Program-made: the position numbers and the translations under genes
DNA from: Phycisphaerales bacterium
GTDB taxonomy: Bacteria > Planctomycetota > Phycisphaerae > Phycisphaerales > UBA1924
DNA: 64,000 nt
Assembly: GCA_965227775.1 (NCBI GenBank)
Contig: OZ245777.1
Span: forward strand, 2,816,001 to 2,880,000
Direction of reading: 5' to 3'
Notes under the pieces: model-generated
What the model was told of the DNA's origin: nothing
Seen by the model: the letters and a program-made list of their open reading frames with translations, nothing else
Databases searched by the model: none
In this document: in pieces, positions 30,642-40,046 of the stretch
How positions within the stretch are numbered: the first letter of the stretch is position 1
How the letters are laid out: every line of letters begins with the position of its first letter

Positions 30642-30690
30642 TGTAGAAGACATCGAGGCCGAGGCCAAACCGATGCCCAAAAATCAGTGA

Positions 30691-31428
30691 TTACCCGCGC
30701 GGCTCGGGCTCCGGCGGGGCAGCATCCGGCGCCAGCAGGCCCTCCTCGACCGCCTCACGTGGCACCCGCACGAACGTGCGTCCGGGCGTCTCGCCCAGCG
30801 ATCGGATCCGCTCACTGATCACCGGGTCCGAGTAGTCGAACCACAGGGCCATGGCGTACCGCTGAAGCGCTCGCTCCTCGTCATCGATGCCGTGGTAGAA
30901 CTCGGCCAGCTTCAGTTGCGGCTCCCGGCTTTGCCCGCGATCGACCCGGGCGGCCGCCAGCAGTGCCCGCTCGGCCTCATCGGGATCGCCGATGTCCTCC
31001 GCATACCGGGCAAGGCGGAGGTACTCCTCTACCGTGCCGGGCTGGCGGGTCCGATCGCGGAGCAGCGCGATCAGGCGATCATTCTCGCCCGCACTGAACA
31101 GGGCCTGCACCAACAGATCGAGCTTCTCTTCGTCCATGGGGTCGTCGCGATAGACCCGCTCCAACGGCGTTATCGCGTCGCCGGGCCGCTCCAGGGCGAG
31201 CAGGGCTTTGCCTCGGCCGAGATCGGACGCCAGCGGCACCGGGTACACACGGGCGTACTCCTCCCACTCGGCCAAGGCCTTGGCGTAGTCGCCGCGGTCG
31301 AAGGCGTTGTTGGCCGATTCACGAATCTCGCCGGCGGATCGCTCCTGCTTCGCGCACCCGGCAAGGCCGAGAGCCAGGACTCCGAGGATCAGCAGGACGA
31401 GGACGGCTTTGGTGGAATTGGTCGGCAT
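30691..31428 (-). CDS. TPR-repeat lipoprotein
   Basis: Lipobox LAGC after hydrophobic stretch; TPR-like helices. Confidence 0.75.
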   Translation of the reverse strand: MPTNSTKAVLVLLILGVLALGLAGCAKQERSAGEIRESANNAFDRGDYAKALAEWEEYARVYPVPLASDLGRGKALLALERPGDAITPLERVYRDDPMDEEKLDLLVQALFSAGENDRLIALLRDRTRQPGTVEEYLRLARYAEDIGDPDEAERALLAAARVDRGQSREPQLKLAEFYHGIDDEERALQRYAMALWFDYSDPVISERIRSLGETPGRTFVRVPREAVEEGLLAPDAAPPEPEPRG

Positions 31429-31491
31429 AGGAGCGATTATCGGCGCTCCAACTGGCACTTGGCTACCCCCGCCGCCAACGATTCGCTCGGT

Positions 31492-31857
31492 ATGGCCCAG
31501 ATCCCCCGCCGCACCGTGTTGCTCCGCCACGACCTGCCCGATGGCTCCCACCACTTCGACTGGATGCTCGAGGTCAACGAAGTCGGCCCACTGCTCACGT
31601 TCCGGCTCGACCGCGACATCAGCCAGGACCACGCACCGTTCGAGGCCGAGCGGCTGGCCGACCATCGCCGCCGCTATCTGATCTTCGAGGGCCCAATCTC
31701 GGGTGATCGAGGTTCGGTCGCACGCGTCGCCGAGGGCCAATGCGAGGTCGGTCGACACGCCAACGGTGCGTATGTCGTCAGCCTGATCTTGGGTAATCGG
31801 CGCCAAACAGTCCGTGGAATCCCGCAGCAAGATGGCTGGTATGCGTTCGGAATCTGA
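31492..31857 (+). CDS. Small stand-alone LigD phosphoesterase-like module
   Basis: LLRHD...HFDWMLE...DHRRRYLIFEGPISGDRGSV resembles the H-x-D / DH..YL.FEG signature. Confidence 0.6.
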   Translation: MAQIPRRTVLLRHDLPDGSHHFDWMLEVNEVGPLLTFRLDRDISQDHAPFEAERLADHRRRYLIFEGPISGDRGSVARVAEGQCEVGRHANGAYVVSLILGNRRQTVRGIPQQDGWYAFGI

Positions 31858-32016
31858 ACAAAATTCTCCTCGTGATTCGCTCGGCTTCGATTAAGATGGA
31901 GGCAAGACCGCTGGCGCGACGCCATGGTGGGCATCGAGCCGCTCGGCCACGTGGGGTAGCCGGGCCATCAGGGGCCACGCCCATGGGCGGAGGGCGGCCC
32001 GCGGGAGCACCGCCCA

Positions 32017-32340
32017 ATGCTCGACCAGAACCACGCATCCGGTTCCGGGGCCGAAGCCGACAGCAAGCCCAAGATTCGCACACTCGCCAAGCTCGGCGTG
32101 ACGCCGGACGAGGAATCCGGCTGGCATCGGCACGCCCAGCTCACCGGCCAGGGAGCGACGCACGTCAAGAGCTTCCACTGCAAGCTGCAGGGCGATGCGT
32201 TGAACCACCTCGATTCGCAGATCAACGCCTGGCTTGAGAGCCACGAAGACTGCGAGATCAAGCTGGTGACGACCCAGGTTGGCGAATGGAGCGATACGCT
32301 CGGCAAAGCGTGCCACCTGATTGTCCAGGTCTGGGTCTGA
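32017..32340 (+). CDS. Hypothetical protein
   Basis: 107-aa ORF with globular composition filling the gap before asnB. Confidence 0.6.
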   Translation: MLDQNHASGSGAEADSKPKIRTLAKLGVTPDEESGWHRHAQLTGQGATHVKSFHCKLQGDALNHLDSQINAWLESHEDCEIKLVTTQVGEWSDTLGKACHLIVQVWV

Positions 32341-32410
32341 ACGGAGCCCGACCGCTCGAACAACTCGCATTGGCTGAGCCTGGGGCTGTCGGCACGCCGA
32401 TATCCCGGGC

Positions 32411-34210
32411 GTGTGCGGCATCGTTGCGATAGCCAGAGGCGGAGGAGCCGAGCTCTCGGTCACGAATCGCCAGTCGATCCGGATGCGAGACACGCTGGCC
32501 CATCGAGGACCCGACGGCGACGGGGTGTGGCGCGCGGCCGGGGTCTTTATGGGCCAGCGTCGCCTCGAGGTAATCGCGCCCGGCGAAGCGGGCCGGCAGC
32601 CCATGGCCTCCAGCGATGGCCGCTGGGTCCTGATCTATAACGGCGAGCTCTATAACGACCCGGAGCTCAGGCGCGAACTCGCCACGCTCGGGCTCGAGCC
32701 CGGATCGCCGAGCGATACAGCCACCGTCTGCCAGGTGTTGAGCGCGTGGGGGCCACAAGGGCTGCGCCGCTGCCGAGGCATGTTCGCGATCGCGGCATAC
32801 GACACCGCCGAGAAGCGATTCGTAATGACGCGTGACCCGCTGGGCATCAAGCCACTGTGCTACGCGTGGGCGCAACCCAATGACGGTTGCGGTCCAGAGC
32901 TCGTGATCGCAAGCGAGGTCACGGCGCTCTTCGAGCATCCCCATCTTTCGCCGCGGGTCGATCCGCTCGGCCTTGCTGCGTACTTGTGCACAATTCGACT
33001 GAGCACAGAAGGTCGTTCGCTGTTCGACGGCGTCTCGACGCTGCCACCCGGCCGCGTTCTCGAGTTCGATCTCTCTGCGGCCGACATGCCATGCGAATCG
33101 TGGGACCTGCCGATCGATGGCGACGCCAATCTTGATACAAGAGAGCTCGTTGAGGCGTCCGTCTCCCAACACCTCCGATCGGACGTGCCCGTGTGTGTCT
33201 TGTTGAGCGGCGGGCTCGACAGCACGATCATCGCGGCCACGACGCGCGCGCATCGACTGAACCTGCCGACGTTTGGTGCCGGGGGCGACGACGAAGATCC
33301 CAACGGGGATGCGGCGTTCGCCGCCAGCCTGGCCAAGCGTTGGAGCATGCCGCACCACGCCATCCGCATGACCCGCGACCGTTTCATTGCGGGCGTCCAA
33401 ACGCTCATCGAGCGCACGGGTCAGCCCGTCGGGACTCCCAACGAAACGGCCATCCACGCCCTTGGGTGTGCCATCCGAGCCGGCGGGTGCAAGGTGGCAC
33501 TCACGGGCGAAGGTGCCGACGAGCTCTTTGGCGGATACCACGGCCCGCTCCAGCAGGCGATCGATTACATCGATGCCGGGGGCGATGACCCGGCCGTGGC
33601 GTTCCTCGTCCAGAACGCGTGGATCGCGCCGCAACTGCTGCCGCGCGTGCTAAGCCCCAAGCTTGCACGGATCGCCGAGTTCGGCGGCTGGCTCGTTCGG
33701 GCGTACCGAGACGCATACGAGTTTGAGGCCGCCCGACCGGGCCCCACGCTCGACCCCAGAGACGAAGCGATGCGCACCCACATGCGACTTGTGCGAAGGA
33801 CCAACCTTACCGGCCTGCTACAGCGCGTGGACAGCGCGCTCTCGCAGTCGGGCGTCGAAGGCCGCACCCCGCTCGCCGACCGTGTCGTAGCGAACTTCGC
33901 CGACGCCCTGCCCATGGAACAGAAGTTCGATCCATCGCTTTCGCCCGAGCGAGGCACGAAGATCGCACTGCGTACCGCATTCGCTGGCGTCGTGCCCGAC
34001 GAGATCCTGCATCGACGCAAGGCCAGCTTCCCGCTTCCCTTCCAGGGCTGGCTCAGGCCGTTGTTCGATGAGCTTGGCGACCATCCGCTCATCGACGAAT
34101 TCTTCAGCCGTTCGGCGTGGGAGACGGTCGCAAGCGATCCGGCTGACAACTGGCAGTTTGCATGGCCGATGATCAACGTGGCGTTGTGGGCTCGTCGCTG
34201 GTTCAGCTAG
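32411..34210 (+). CDS. asnB: Asparagine synthase (glutamine-hydrolysing) family amidotransferase
   Basis: MCGI N-terminal Cys, HRGPD, YNGELYN, RDPLGIKPL, LSGGLDS, TGEGADELFGGY. Confidence 0.92.
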   Translation: MCGIVAIARGGGAELSVTNRQSIRMRDTLAHRGPDGDGVWRAAGVFMGQRRLEVIAPGEAGRQPMASSDGRWVLIYNGELYNDPELRRELATLGLEPGSPSDTATVCQVLSAWGPQGLRRCRGMFAIAAYDTAEKRFVMTRDPLGIKPLCYAWAQPNDGCGPELVIASEVTALFEHPHLSPRVDPLGLAAYLCTIRLSTEGRSLFDGVSTLPPGRVLEFDLSAADMPCESWDLPIDGDANLDTRELVEASVSQHLRSDVPVCVLLSGGLDSTIIAATTRAHRLNLPTFGAGGDDEDPNGDAAFAASLAKRWSMPHHAIRMTRDRFIAGVQTLIERTGQPVGTPNETAIHALGCAIRAGGCKVALTGEGADELFGGYHGPLQQAIDYIDAGGDDPAVAFLVQNAWIAPQLLPRVLSPKLARIAEFGGWLVRAYRDAYEFEAARPGPTLDPRDEAMRTHMRLVRRTNLTGLLQRVDSALSQSGVEGRTPLADRVVANFADALPMEQKFDPSLSPERGTKIALRTAFAGVVPDEILHRRKASFPLPFQGWLRPLFDELGDHPLIDEFFSRSAWETVASDPADNWQFAWPMINVALWARRWFS

Positions 34211-34577
34211 CCGCGCTCACCGGCTGCCGACGCGAGAGGTCCTCGCACGCGGCAAACAATCCGCCGAGGGCGTGCCTCGCGTGGTCGCTGAGATCGACGA
34301 ACGCCAGACCAATCTCACGCGTGAACATCGTGGGCCGGCTCGACCACGCCACCATGACCTTGAGCGGCAGCACCTCGGGCATGCCGTGCAGCTCGACTTC
34401 GAATGGCCCGTAGGTCTCCAGCGGCGGCCAGGGCTTGCCACGCACGCGGATGCCTCCGGGGCTGATGTCCATGACCCGACCAAGGCTCGTACGCAAGTGG
34501 CGGATCTCGATGCGACCCACGCCGCGGCGTGACAAGACTGCGTGCTGGTCGGGGGGCGACTCGCGCGTGGTATTCAT
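34203..34577 (-). CDS. PilZ-domain protein
   Basis: RRGVGR (RxxxR) and DISPGG motifs, C-terminal GLAF. Confidence 0.75.
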   Translation of the reverse strand: MNTTRESPPDQHAVLSRRGVGRIEIRHLRTSLGRVMDISPGGIRVRGKPWPPLETYGPFEVELHGMPEVLPLKVMVAWSSRPTMFTREIGLAFVDLSDHARHALGGLFAACEDLSRRQPVSAAS

Positions 34578-34710
34578 CGTGTATGCATCGACGTTCGGAC
34601 CTCGGGCGAGTGTTTCACCACGTGGCGTGGGTGGTTGCCACATCGGTCTGGGCGGGTCGTGCGGGCCGCAAGGGGCTTGATCGGCCCCGGCTTGCGGTCT
34701 ATGACAGGCG

Positions 34711-35088
34711 ATGCCCGATGCCAGCCTGCTCGAGTCCTTCCCAACCCCGGTTGATACGCCCTTCGTCATCGAGCACGTGGCCGAGGAGTTCACGTCGCTG
34801 TGCCCCAAGACCGGCCACCCGGACTTCGGCGAGGTGGTCGTGGTGTACGAGCCCGCGGCGGCGTCGGCGGGAGGCGTGTGCGTCGAGCTCAAGAGCCTGA
34901 AGCTTTACTTTCAGAGCTTTCGCGACGAGGGCATCTTCTACGAAGCCGTCACGAACCGCATCCGCGACGACCTGGCTGCCCTCATGCGTCCCAACTGGAT
35001 GCGAATCACCACCAACTGGCGGGGTCGCGGGGGCATCCGGTCGGTCATCAGAGCCGACCACGGGTCCGTGCCAGCCTCCATAGCCTGA
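34711..35088 (+). CDS. queF: preQ0 reductase QueF (unimodular)
   Basis: EFTSLCPKTGHPDFG, VELKSLKLY, RGGI. Confidence 0.93.
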   Translation: MPDASLLESFPTPVDTPFVIEHVAEEFTSLCPKTGHPDFGEVVVVYEPAAASAGGVCVELKSLKLYFQSFRDEGIFYEAVTNRIRDDLAALMRPNWMRITTNWRGRGGIRSVIRADHGSVPASIA

Positions 35089-35146
35089 TCACATCTGCAC
35101 CACTTTGCCCGGCCCGACGGCCCCAGACCGAAAGCGAGCCCGCACC

Positions 35147-36136
35147 ATGGCCGGAACCCAGAAGCGAGTGCTGCTGTCCGATGTTGGAGAGGGCGAGCAC
35201 GTCAGCGGCCCGTTCGCCATCATCAACGCGCAGCTCGGCAAGACGCGCACCGACAAGCTCTACCTGCGCTGCTTGCTCTCGGATAAGTCGGGAACCGCTC
35301 CCGGCCGCATGTGGTCCATCGACGAGTCTGCGTACAACCGTCTGCCGGCCGAGGGGTTCGTGTGGGTCGAGGGCGACGCGCAGGCCTATCAGGGCGAGAT
35401 GCAGATCATCATCCAGTCGATCGATCCGTTCGATCCGAACGAGGAGATGATCCGGGAGTTGCTTCCGGCATCGAAGCGCGATCCCGAGGAGATGTTCGCC
35501 GAGTTGCGCGCGATCTTCGATACGCTCGAGCACCCATCGGGCAAGCGGCTCGCGATGGCGTTCTTTGAGGACGAGCCGCTCATGTCTGCGTTCCGTACCG
35601 CGCCGGCGGCCAAGGTGCTGCACCACGCCTACTTGGGCGGCCTGCTCGAGCACACGCTCCAGCTCTGCAACCTGGCAGACCGCATGCTGCCGCTGTACCC
35701 AGACCTCAACCGTGATCTGGTCTTGCTTGGGCTTCTCCTGCACGACATCGCAAAGACGCGCGAGCTGAAGTACGACCGCGCGTTCGATTACTCCGATCGT
35801 GGCCTGCTCGTAGGTCACATCGTGGATGGCGTCATCTTGCTACGGGAAAAGGCGTACGCCGAGGGCATCGACATGCCCCCAAACGCCATCATGGTGCTCG
35901 AGCACATCATCTTGTCCCACCACGGCGTGCCTGAGTACGGAGCAGCCAAGATCCCCTCGACGCCCGAGGCGATCTTTGTGTCAAACCTGGATGATCTGGA
36001 TGCAAAGACCGAGATGGCTCTCGTCGCGGCCAAGCGGGATCGCTCTGACGGGCCCGACTTGCGTGGCCCGTTCACCGAGAAGCACTGGGCGCTCAACACC
36101 CGGGTCTACCGGCCCGACCCCTTTCGCGAGGCTTGA
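35147..36136 (+). CDS. OB-fold + HD 3'-5' exoribonuclease (YhaM/Cbf family)
   Basis: N-terminal OB fold; APAAKVLHHAYLGGLLEH, LHDIAK, GHIV, ILSHHG..EYG. Confidence 0.88.
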   Translation: MAGTQKRVLLSDVGEGEHVSGPFAIINAQLGKTRTDKLYLRCLLSDKSGTAPGRMWSIDESAYNRLPAEGFVWVEGDAQAYQGEMQIIIQSIDPFDPNEEMIRELLPASKRDPEEMFAELRAIFDTLEHPSGKRLAMAFFEDEPLMSAFRTAPAAKVLHHAYLGGLLEHTLQLCNLADRMLPLYPDLNRDLVLLGLLLHDIAKTRELKYDRAFDYSDRGLLVGHIVDGVILLREKAYAEGIDMPPNAIMVLEHIILSHHGVPEYGAAKIPSTPEAIFVSNLDDLDAKTEMALVAAKRDRSDGPDLRGPFTEKHWALNTRVYRPDPFREA

Positions 36137-36175
36137 GCGCGAATAGGCCCCTGCTGGCGGTGGATAGACTTACGC

Positions 36176-36889
36176 ATGAGCGATGAAGTCGCCATCCAAG
36201 TTAACTTCGGCAAGCCGATGCCTCTCTTTCCGTTGGGCGTTGTGGCGCTGATGCCCCAGCAGGTCGCACCGTTCCACATCTTCGAGCCGCGATATAGGCA
36301 GATGATCGGCGACGCGCTCGACGGCTCGGGCCAGATCGCCATGGCAACCTACGACACACGCAACCTCGAAGCGTTTGACTACACGGGAGACACGCTCCCG
36401 CTGCGCCCGGCGGTGTGCATCGGCCAAGTGTTCCAGCACGAGAAGCTGCCCGATGGCCACTACAACATCCTGCTGCAGGGCATCTGCCGCGCGCGGATCA
36501 TCGACGAACAGCCGCCCGACGACGATCGCCACTATCGCATCGCGTATCTCGAGCCACTCGACCTGCCGGGGCAGGAGCCCAACGGCTTGGAGACCGCACG
36601 CCAAAAACTCACCGAGCACCTGACGGCCTGGCCCCTGCAGCAGCTCCGTACCGCTTCCTGGGTTGTGGAGCGCCTCGAGAACGAGCAGATCCCCGATTCG
36701 GCGGCGTTCGAGCTCGTGTGCTTCTCGCTGTTTACCGATCCCGAGCTTCGCTACCAGCTGTTGGCCGAGCCGGACGCCACTCGACGCGTGCGGCTCGTCG
36801 AGCTCGCGCTGCGTGACATGGCCCGCATCATTCGCAACGCCGCCGCCCAGCACCCGGAGCGCTGGCCCAAGGGCGTGAGCTGGAACTGA
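36176..36889 (+). CDS. Stand-alone LON substrate-binding domain protein
   Basis: PLFPL, HIFEPRYRQMI, LPDGHYNILLQG. Confidence 0.88.
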   Translation: MSDEVAIQVNFGKPMPLFPLGVVALMPQQVAPFHIFEPRYRQMIGDALDGSGQIAMATYDTRNLEAFDYTGDTLPLRPAVCIGQVFQHEKLPDGHYNILLQGICRARIIDEQPPDDDRHYRIAYLEPLDLPGQEPNGLETARQKLTEHLTAWPLQQLRTASWVVERLENEQIPDSAAFELVCFSLFTDPELRYQLLAEPDATRRVRLVELALRDMARIIRNAAAQHPERWPKGVSWN

Positions 36890-36901
36890 TCGAGTCGGGG
36901 C

Positions 36902-38011
36902 TCACACGTTGAACAAAAAGTGGCACACGTCGCCATCCTGCATGACGTAGTCCTTGCCCTCGACACGCATCTTGCCGGCTTCCTTGATGGCCTTCTCGCT
37001 GCCGAACTGGTCGAGCACGTCGACGCCATACACGTTCGCGCGAATGAAGCCTCTCTCGAAGTCCGTGTGGATCACGCCGGCGGCCTGCGGCGCCGTCGCA
37101 CCCTGGCGAACGGTCCAGGCACGGATCTCCTTCTCACCGGCCGTATAGAAGCTCTGCAGACCGAGCAGGCGGTACGCCTCTCGTGCCAGCTTGCTGAGCG
37201 CCGGTTCATCCATGCCGTAATCGGCGAGCATCTCGGCCTTGTCTGCGGGGTCCAGCTCTGCCAACTCACTCTCAATCTTGGCGCACACTGGCACGCACGC
37301 GTTGCCCTCGCTCTCGGCGTGGGCCCTGACCTTCTCGGCGAGCTCGCCCTCGCCGTTGACGTCGCTCTCGTCGACGTTGGCGATGTACAGGATTGGCTTC
37401 GCGGTGATGAGCCCGAGACCGCGCCAGGCCTTGCGCTGCTCGGCATCGGTGATCGATGCAGCGATGACGCGTGCCGGCCGCCCTTCGTCGAGCACGGGCT
37501 GGATCTTCTGCAGCACGGCAAACCGCGCCACCGCCTCAGCTTCTTTGCTGCGGGCGGCGCGCTCGGCCTTGGAAAGCGCGCTTTCGACAGCCTGGAGGTC
37601 GGCGAGAAGCAACTCGCTATTGATGGTGTCGATGTCGCGCATCGGGTCGACCGTGCCGTCGACGTGCAAGATCTCCTCGCCACCGGGTGCTTTGTGGAAG
37701 CAGCGGACGACCTGCGCGATCGCATCAACCTCGCGGATGTTGCTCAAGAACGCGTTGCCCTTGCCAGCGCCCTCGCTGGCGCCCCGCACGAGGCCAGCGA
37801 TGTCGACCAGACGCATGGCGGCCGGGACGACCTTCTGCGTCGAGATGTGCTTCTCGATGCGAGCCAGGTTGGGATCTGGGATGGGCACGATGCCGACGTT
37901 GGGCTCGATCGTCGCAAACGGGTAGTTGGCCGCCAGGGCGCCGGCGTTGGTCAGAGCGTTGAAAAGGGTCGACTTGCCGACGTTGGGCAGTCCGACGATG
38001 CCTGCGTCCAT
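36902..38011 (-). CDS. ychF: Ribosome-binding ATPase YchF
   Basis: [38 protein letters not shown] domain ending [15 protein letters not shown]. Confidence 0.97.
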   Translation of the reverse strand: MDAGIVGLPNVGKSTLFNALTNAGALAANYPFATIEPNVGIVPIPDPNLARIEKHISTQKVVPAAMRLVDIAGLVRGASEGAGKGNAFLSNIREVDAIAQVVRCFHKAPGGEEILHVDGTVDPMRDIDTINSELLLADLQAVESALSKAERAARSKEAEAVARFAVLQKIQPVLDEGRPARVIAASITDAEQRKAWRGLGLITAKPILYIANVDESDVNGEGELAEKVRAHAESEGNACVPVCAKIESELAELDPADKAEMLADYGMDEPALSKLAREAYRLLGLQSFYTAGEKEIRAWTVRQGATAPQAAGVIHTDFERGFIRANVYGVDVLDQFGSEKAIKEAGKMRVEGKDYVMQDGDVCHFLFNV

Positions 38012-38186
38012 GGGTGGTGCTTCCGATGCGGGTGGGCGTGTGCGAATAGAAGGGGGCAAAGATATGCGCGCCCGCGTCCGCCCCGCGGTTATCTGAGCCC
38101 GCGATCCCGGCCAAGGCTGGCAGGCACGGCCGTTTCGTGGTCTACTTGGGGATGAGGCCCGGGGTACACTGAAGCTCGAAACGCGA

Positions 38187-38562
38187 GCGCTCGTAGCTCA
38201 GCAGGACAGAGCAACGGTTTCCTTCGAAAAGAGGGGCCCGGCCCGGAAACGGGCCGAGGCGAACCGGGTGAATTCGGGGAAACCCACCCCACGACCGCAG
38301 CGTCGTGGCGGGCAATCCCGAGCCGAGCCGTCGGCGGGGCCTGGCAGTTCGCAGAGCGGCCAGCGCCGGCGGAAGGTGTAGAGACCAGCGGGTGAGCCGC
38401 CCCGGCAATACCCCCGCACCAGCGGTGGCTCGTGCCACCAACGGAAGCGCCCGGCGCCCTTCCCGGCATGCACGCCGGCGGGCGAAGAGATGGTCCGGTC
38501 CGCGGCGAAAGCCACGGGGTAGCCGAAACCGTAGGTCGGAGGTTCGAGTCCTCCCGGGCGCG
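38187..38562 (+). tRNA. tRNA-Arg(CCU), intron-containing; exons 38187-38223 and 38526-38562; CCA not encoded
   Basis: Acceptor gcgctcg/cgggcgc; D arm gctc/gagc; anticodon stem acggt/accgt with spliced loop TT-CCT-AA; T arm ggagg-TTCGAGT-cctcc; TACACT upstream. Confidence 0.93.
38224..38525 (+). ncRNA. Group I self-splicing intron (302 nt, no ORF)
   Basis: P1 with U.G at the 5' splice site, terminal omega-G, P/Q/R/S elements (AATTCGGGGAAA, AATCCCGAG, GTAGAGACCA, AAGAGATGGTCC), pairable P2-P9. Confidence 0.92.
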
Positions 38563-38636
38563 TTGATCGAGAGAGCCGGCACATGGAGGGCCGGTGCAAG
38601 ACCAGGACGGAGCCACAGCCCCTCGCGGAGGCGGGC

Positions 38637-39041
38637 ATGGCGCGGCATCGACTCTTGCTTCTTGGTATCGCAGCCCTCAGCGTGCTGGCCCATGGCTGCG
38701 CGTCGCCATCGGACCACACTCGCGTCGCACGCCCCTCGTTTGCGCAAGCGGCGCCGCAGACCTCGACCGAGTCATGGGCGAGCGTCATGCCGCTTCCCGG
38801 TACGGAGCGCGACACGCTCGCGTACGCCCGCCGCGATAATGCACTGGGCATGCCCTCGGGCGATGGTGGTTACGTCTACGGCTCGTGGCGAGAGAACGAG
38901 CGTGCCTCGATCGAGCGGTACTTCATCGTGCCGCTGCAGCGTTCGCCCAGGTCGTACCTGTTCTTCACGGCACCGAGCCAAAGCGAACGCCGTGCGCCAC
39001 GGGTCCCACCAAGGGCCCATCCGTGGCACACGGCGTGGTGA
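38637..39041 (+). CDS. Hypothetical lipoprotein
   Basis: MARHRLLLLGIAALSVLAHGC lipobox-like; GGAGG upstream. Confidence 0.5.
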   Translation: MARHRLLLLGIAALSVLAHGCASPSDHTRVARPSFAQAAPQTSTESWASVMPLPGTERDTLAYARRDNALGMPSGDGGYVYGSWRENERASIERYFIVPLQRSPRSYLFFTAPSQSERRAPRVPPRAHPWHTAW

Positions 39042-39089
39042 TTGATGCGATCGCGCCCTCACGCTGAGGCCGCGACCGCGGGGGAGAAA

Positions 39090-40046
39090 TCAGTCGAACG
39101 ACGCGCTGTTGCTGGGCAACTCAACGGTGCGCAGGCGCAGCGTGGTCTCGATACGGAAGTTCGAGCGCGTGTAGTGCCTCTCGGCGAAGAACACCTTCAG
39201 CTCGTACTCGCCACCGTCTTCCAGGAAGTTCAGGCGGCTCAGATCGACCGTCTGGCTAACAGCGCCGTGGACGCCGCCGATGTCGATCACCATCTTGCCG
39301 TCGATGAACACCCAGACGTCGTCATCGCCGAAGAACGTGAACGTGTTGTCCGCATCCGCATCGTAGATGAACTTGGTGCCCAGCTCGTACGTGAAGTGGT
39401 AGTTGTGGCCCCACTTGTCACCGGCAGGGTTGCCGTACAGCTGCTCATCGATCGGGAAGAAGCCCTGGACGCCGTCCATGCTGCGATCGTCGTGAGCGTG
39501 GAACACGTACCGGTCGGTGCCGGCCTCACGGGTCAGGGTGATGTCAACCGGCTTGGCCAGGTTGACGCCCGGAACCGTGCGGAACCACTGACCGAAGCTC
39601 TCAGCGCTCGTAAACACGCTGCTGCTCTGAGCATTCAGCGTGCCGAACGAGTCGCCCTCACGCGAGTCCATGTACTCGACTTCGCTCGCGAAGGGGAACA
39701 TGGCGCGGCCCTGATCGTCCTTGAAGCTACCGCTGATCTTGAAGCCGTTGCCGGCCCCCTCACGCAGGGTTGGCTTGCCGTCCGAGTCCAGCTCAAACGC
39801 GACCCAGCCCACACGCAGGCCGGTGTTGTACCGCTGGAAGTCCGGATGACCGCTCTCGTTGTGAGGGCGGAAGTCACGGACCGTACCTGTCAGGGTCAGC
39901 TGGCTCGGCAGATCCGCGTAGGGATCGGAAGACTGACCAACCTGAGCACTTGCTACCGTCGCGCCGCCGGCCAGAGCGACGATGCCGGCCACGCCGACCG
40001 CGCCCGCGGCCCGCACGATCCGGCGAGAGTTTTGACCATTTCGCAT
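39090..40046 (-). CDS. Exported fibro-slime (PA14-related) domain protein
   Basis: Signal peptide; HPDFQ, GFFPID, HNYHFTYE, FTFFGDDDVWVFIDGKMVIDIGGVH, FFAERH. Confidence 0.85.
   Translation of the reverse strand: MRNGQNSRRIVRAAGAVGVAGIVALAGGATVASAQVGQSSDPYADLPSQLTLTGTVRDFRPHNESGHPDFQRYNTGLRVGWVAFELDSDGKPTLREGAGNGFKISGSFKDDQGRAMFPFASEVEYMDSREGDSFGTLNAQSSSVFTSAESFGQWFRTVPGVNLAKPVDITLTREAGTDRYVFHAHDDRSMDGVQGFFPIDEQLYGNPAGDKWGHNYHFTYELGTKFIYDADADNTFTFFGDDDVWVFIDGKMVIDIGGVHGAVSQTVDLSRLNFLEDGGEYELKVFFAERHYTRSNFRIETTLRLRTVELPSNSASFD

Noticed and set aside
38089..39045. Several 150-250 aa ORFs spanning the tRNA/intron, considered as a homing endonuclease
   Set aside because: Low-complexity Arg/Pro/Gly translations with no LAGLIDADG, GIY-YIG or HNH motif; the 302-nt intron is fully accounted for by RNA helices
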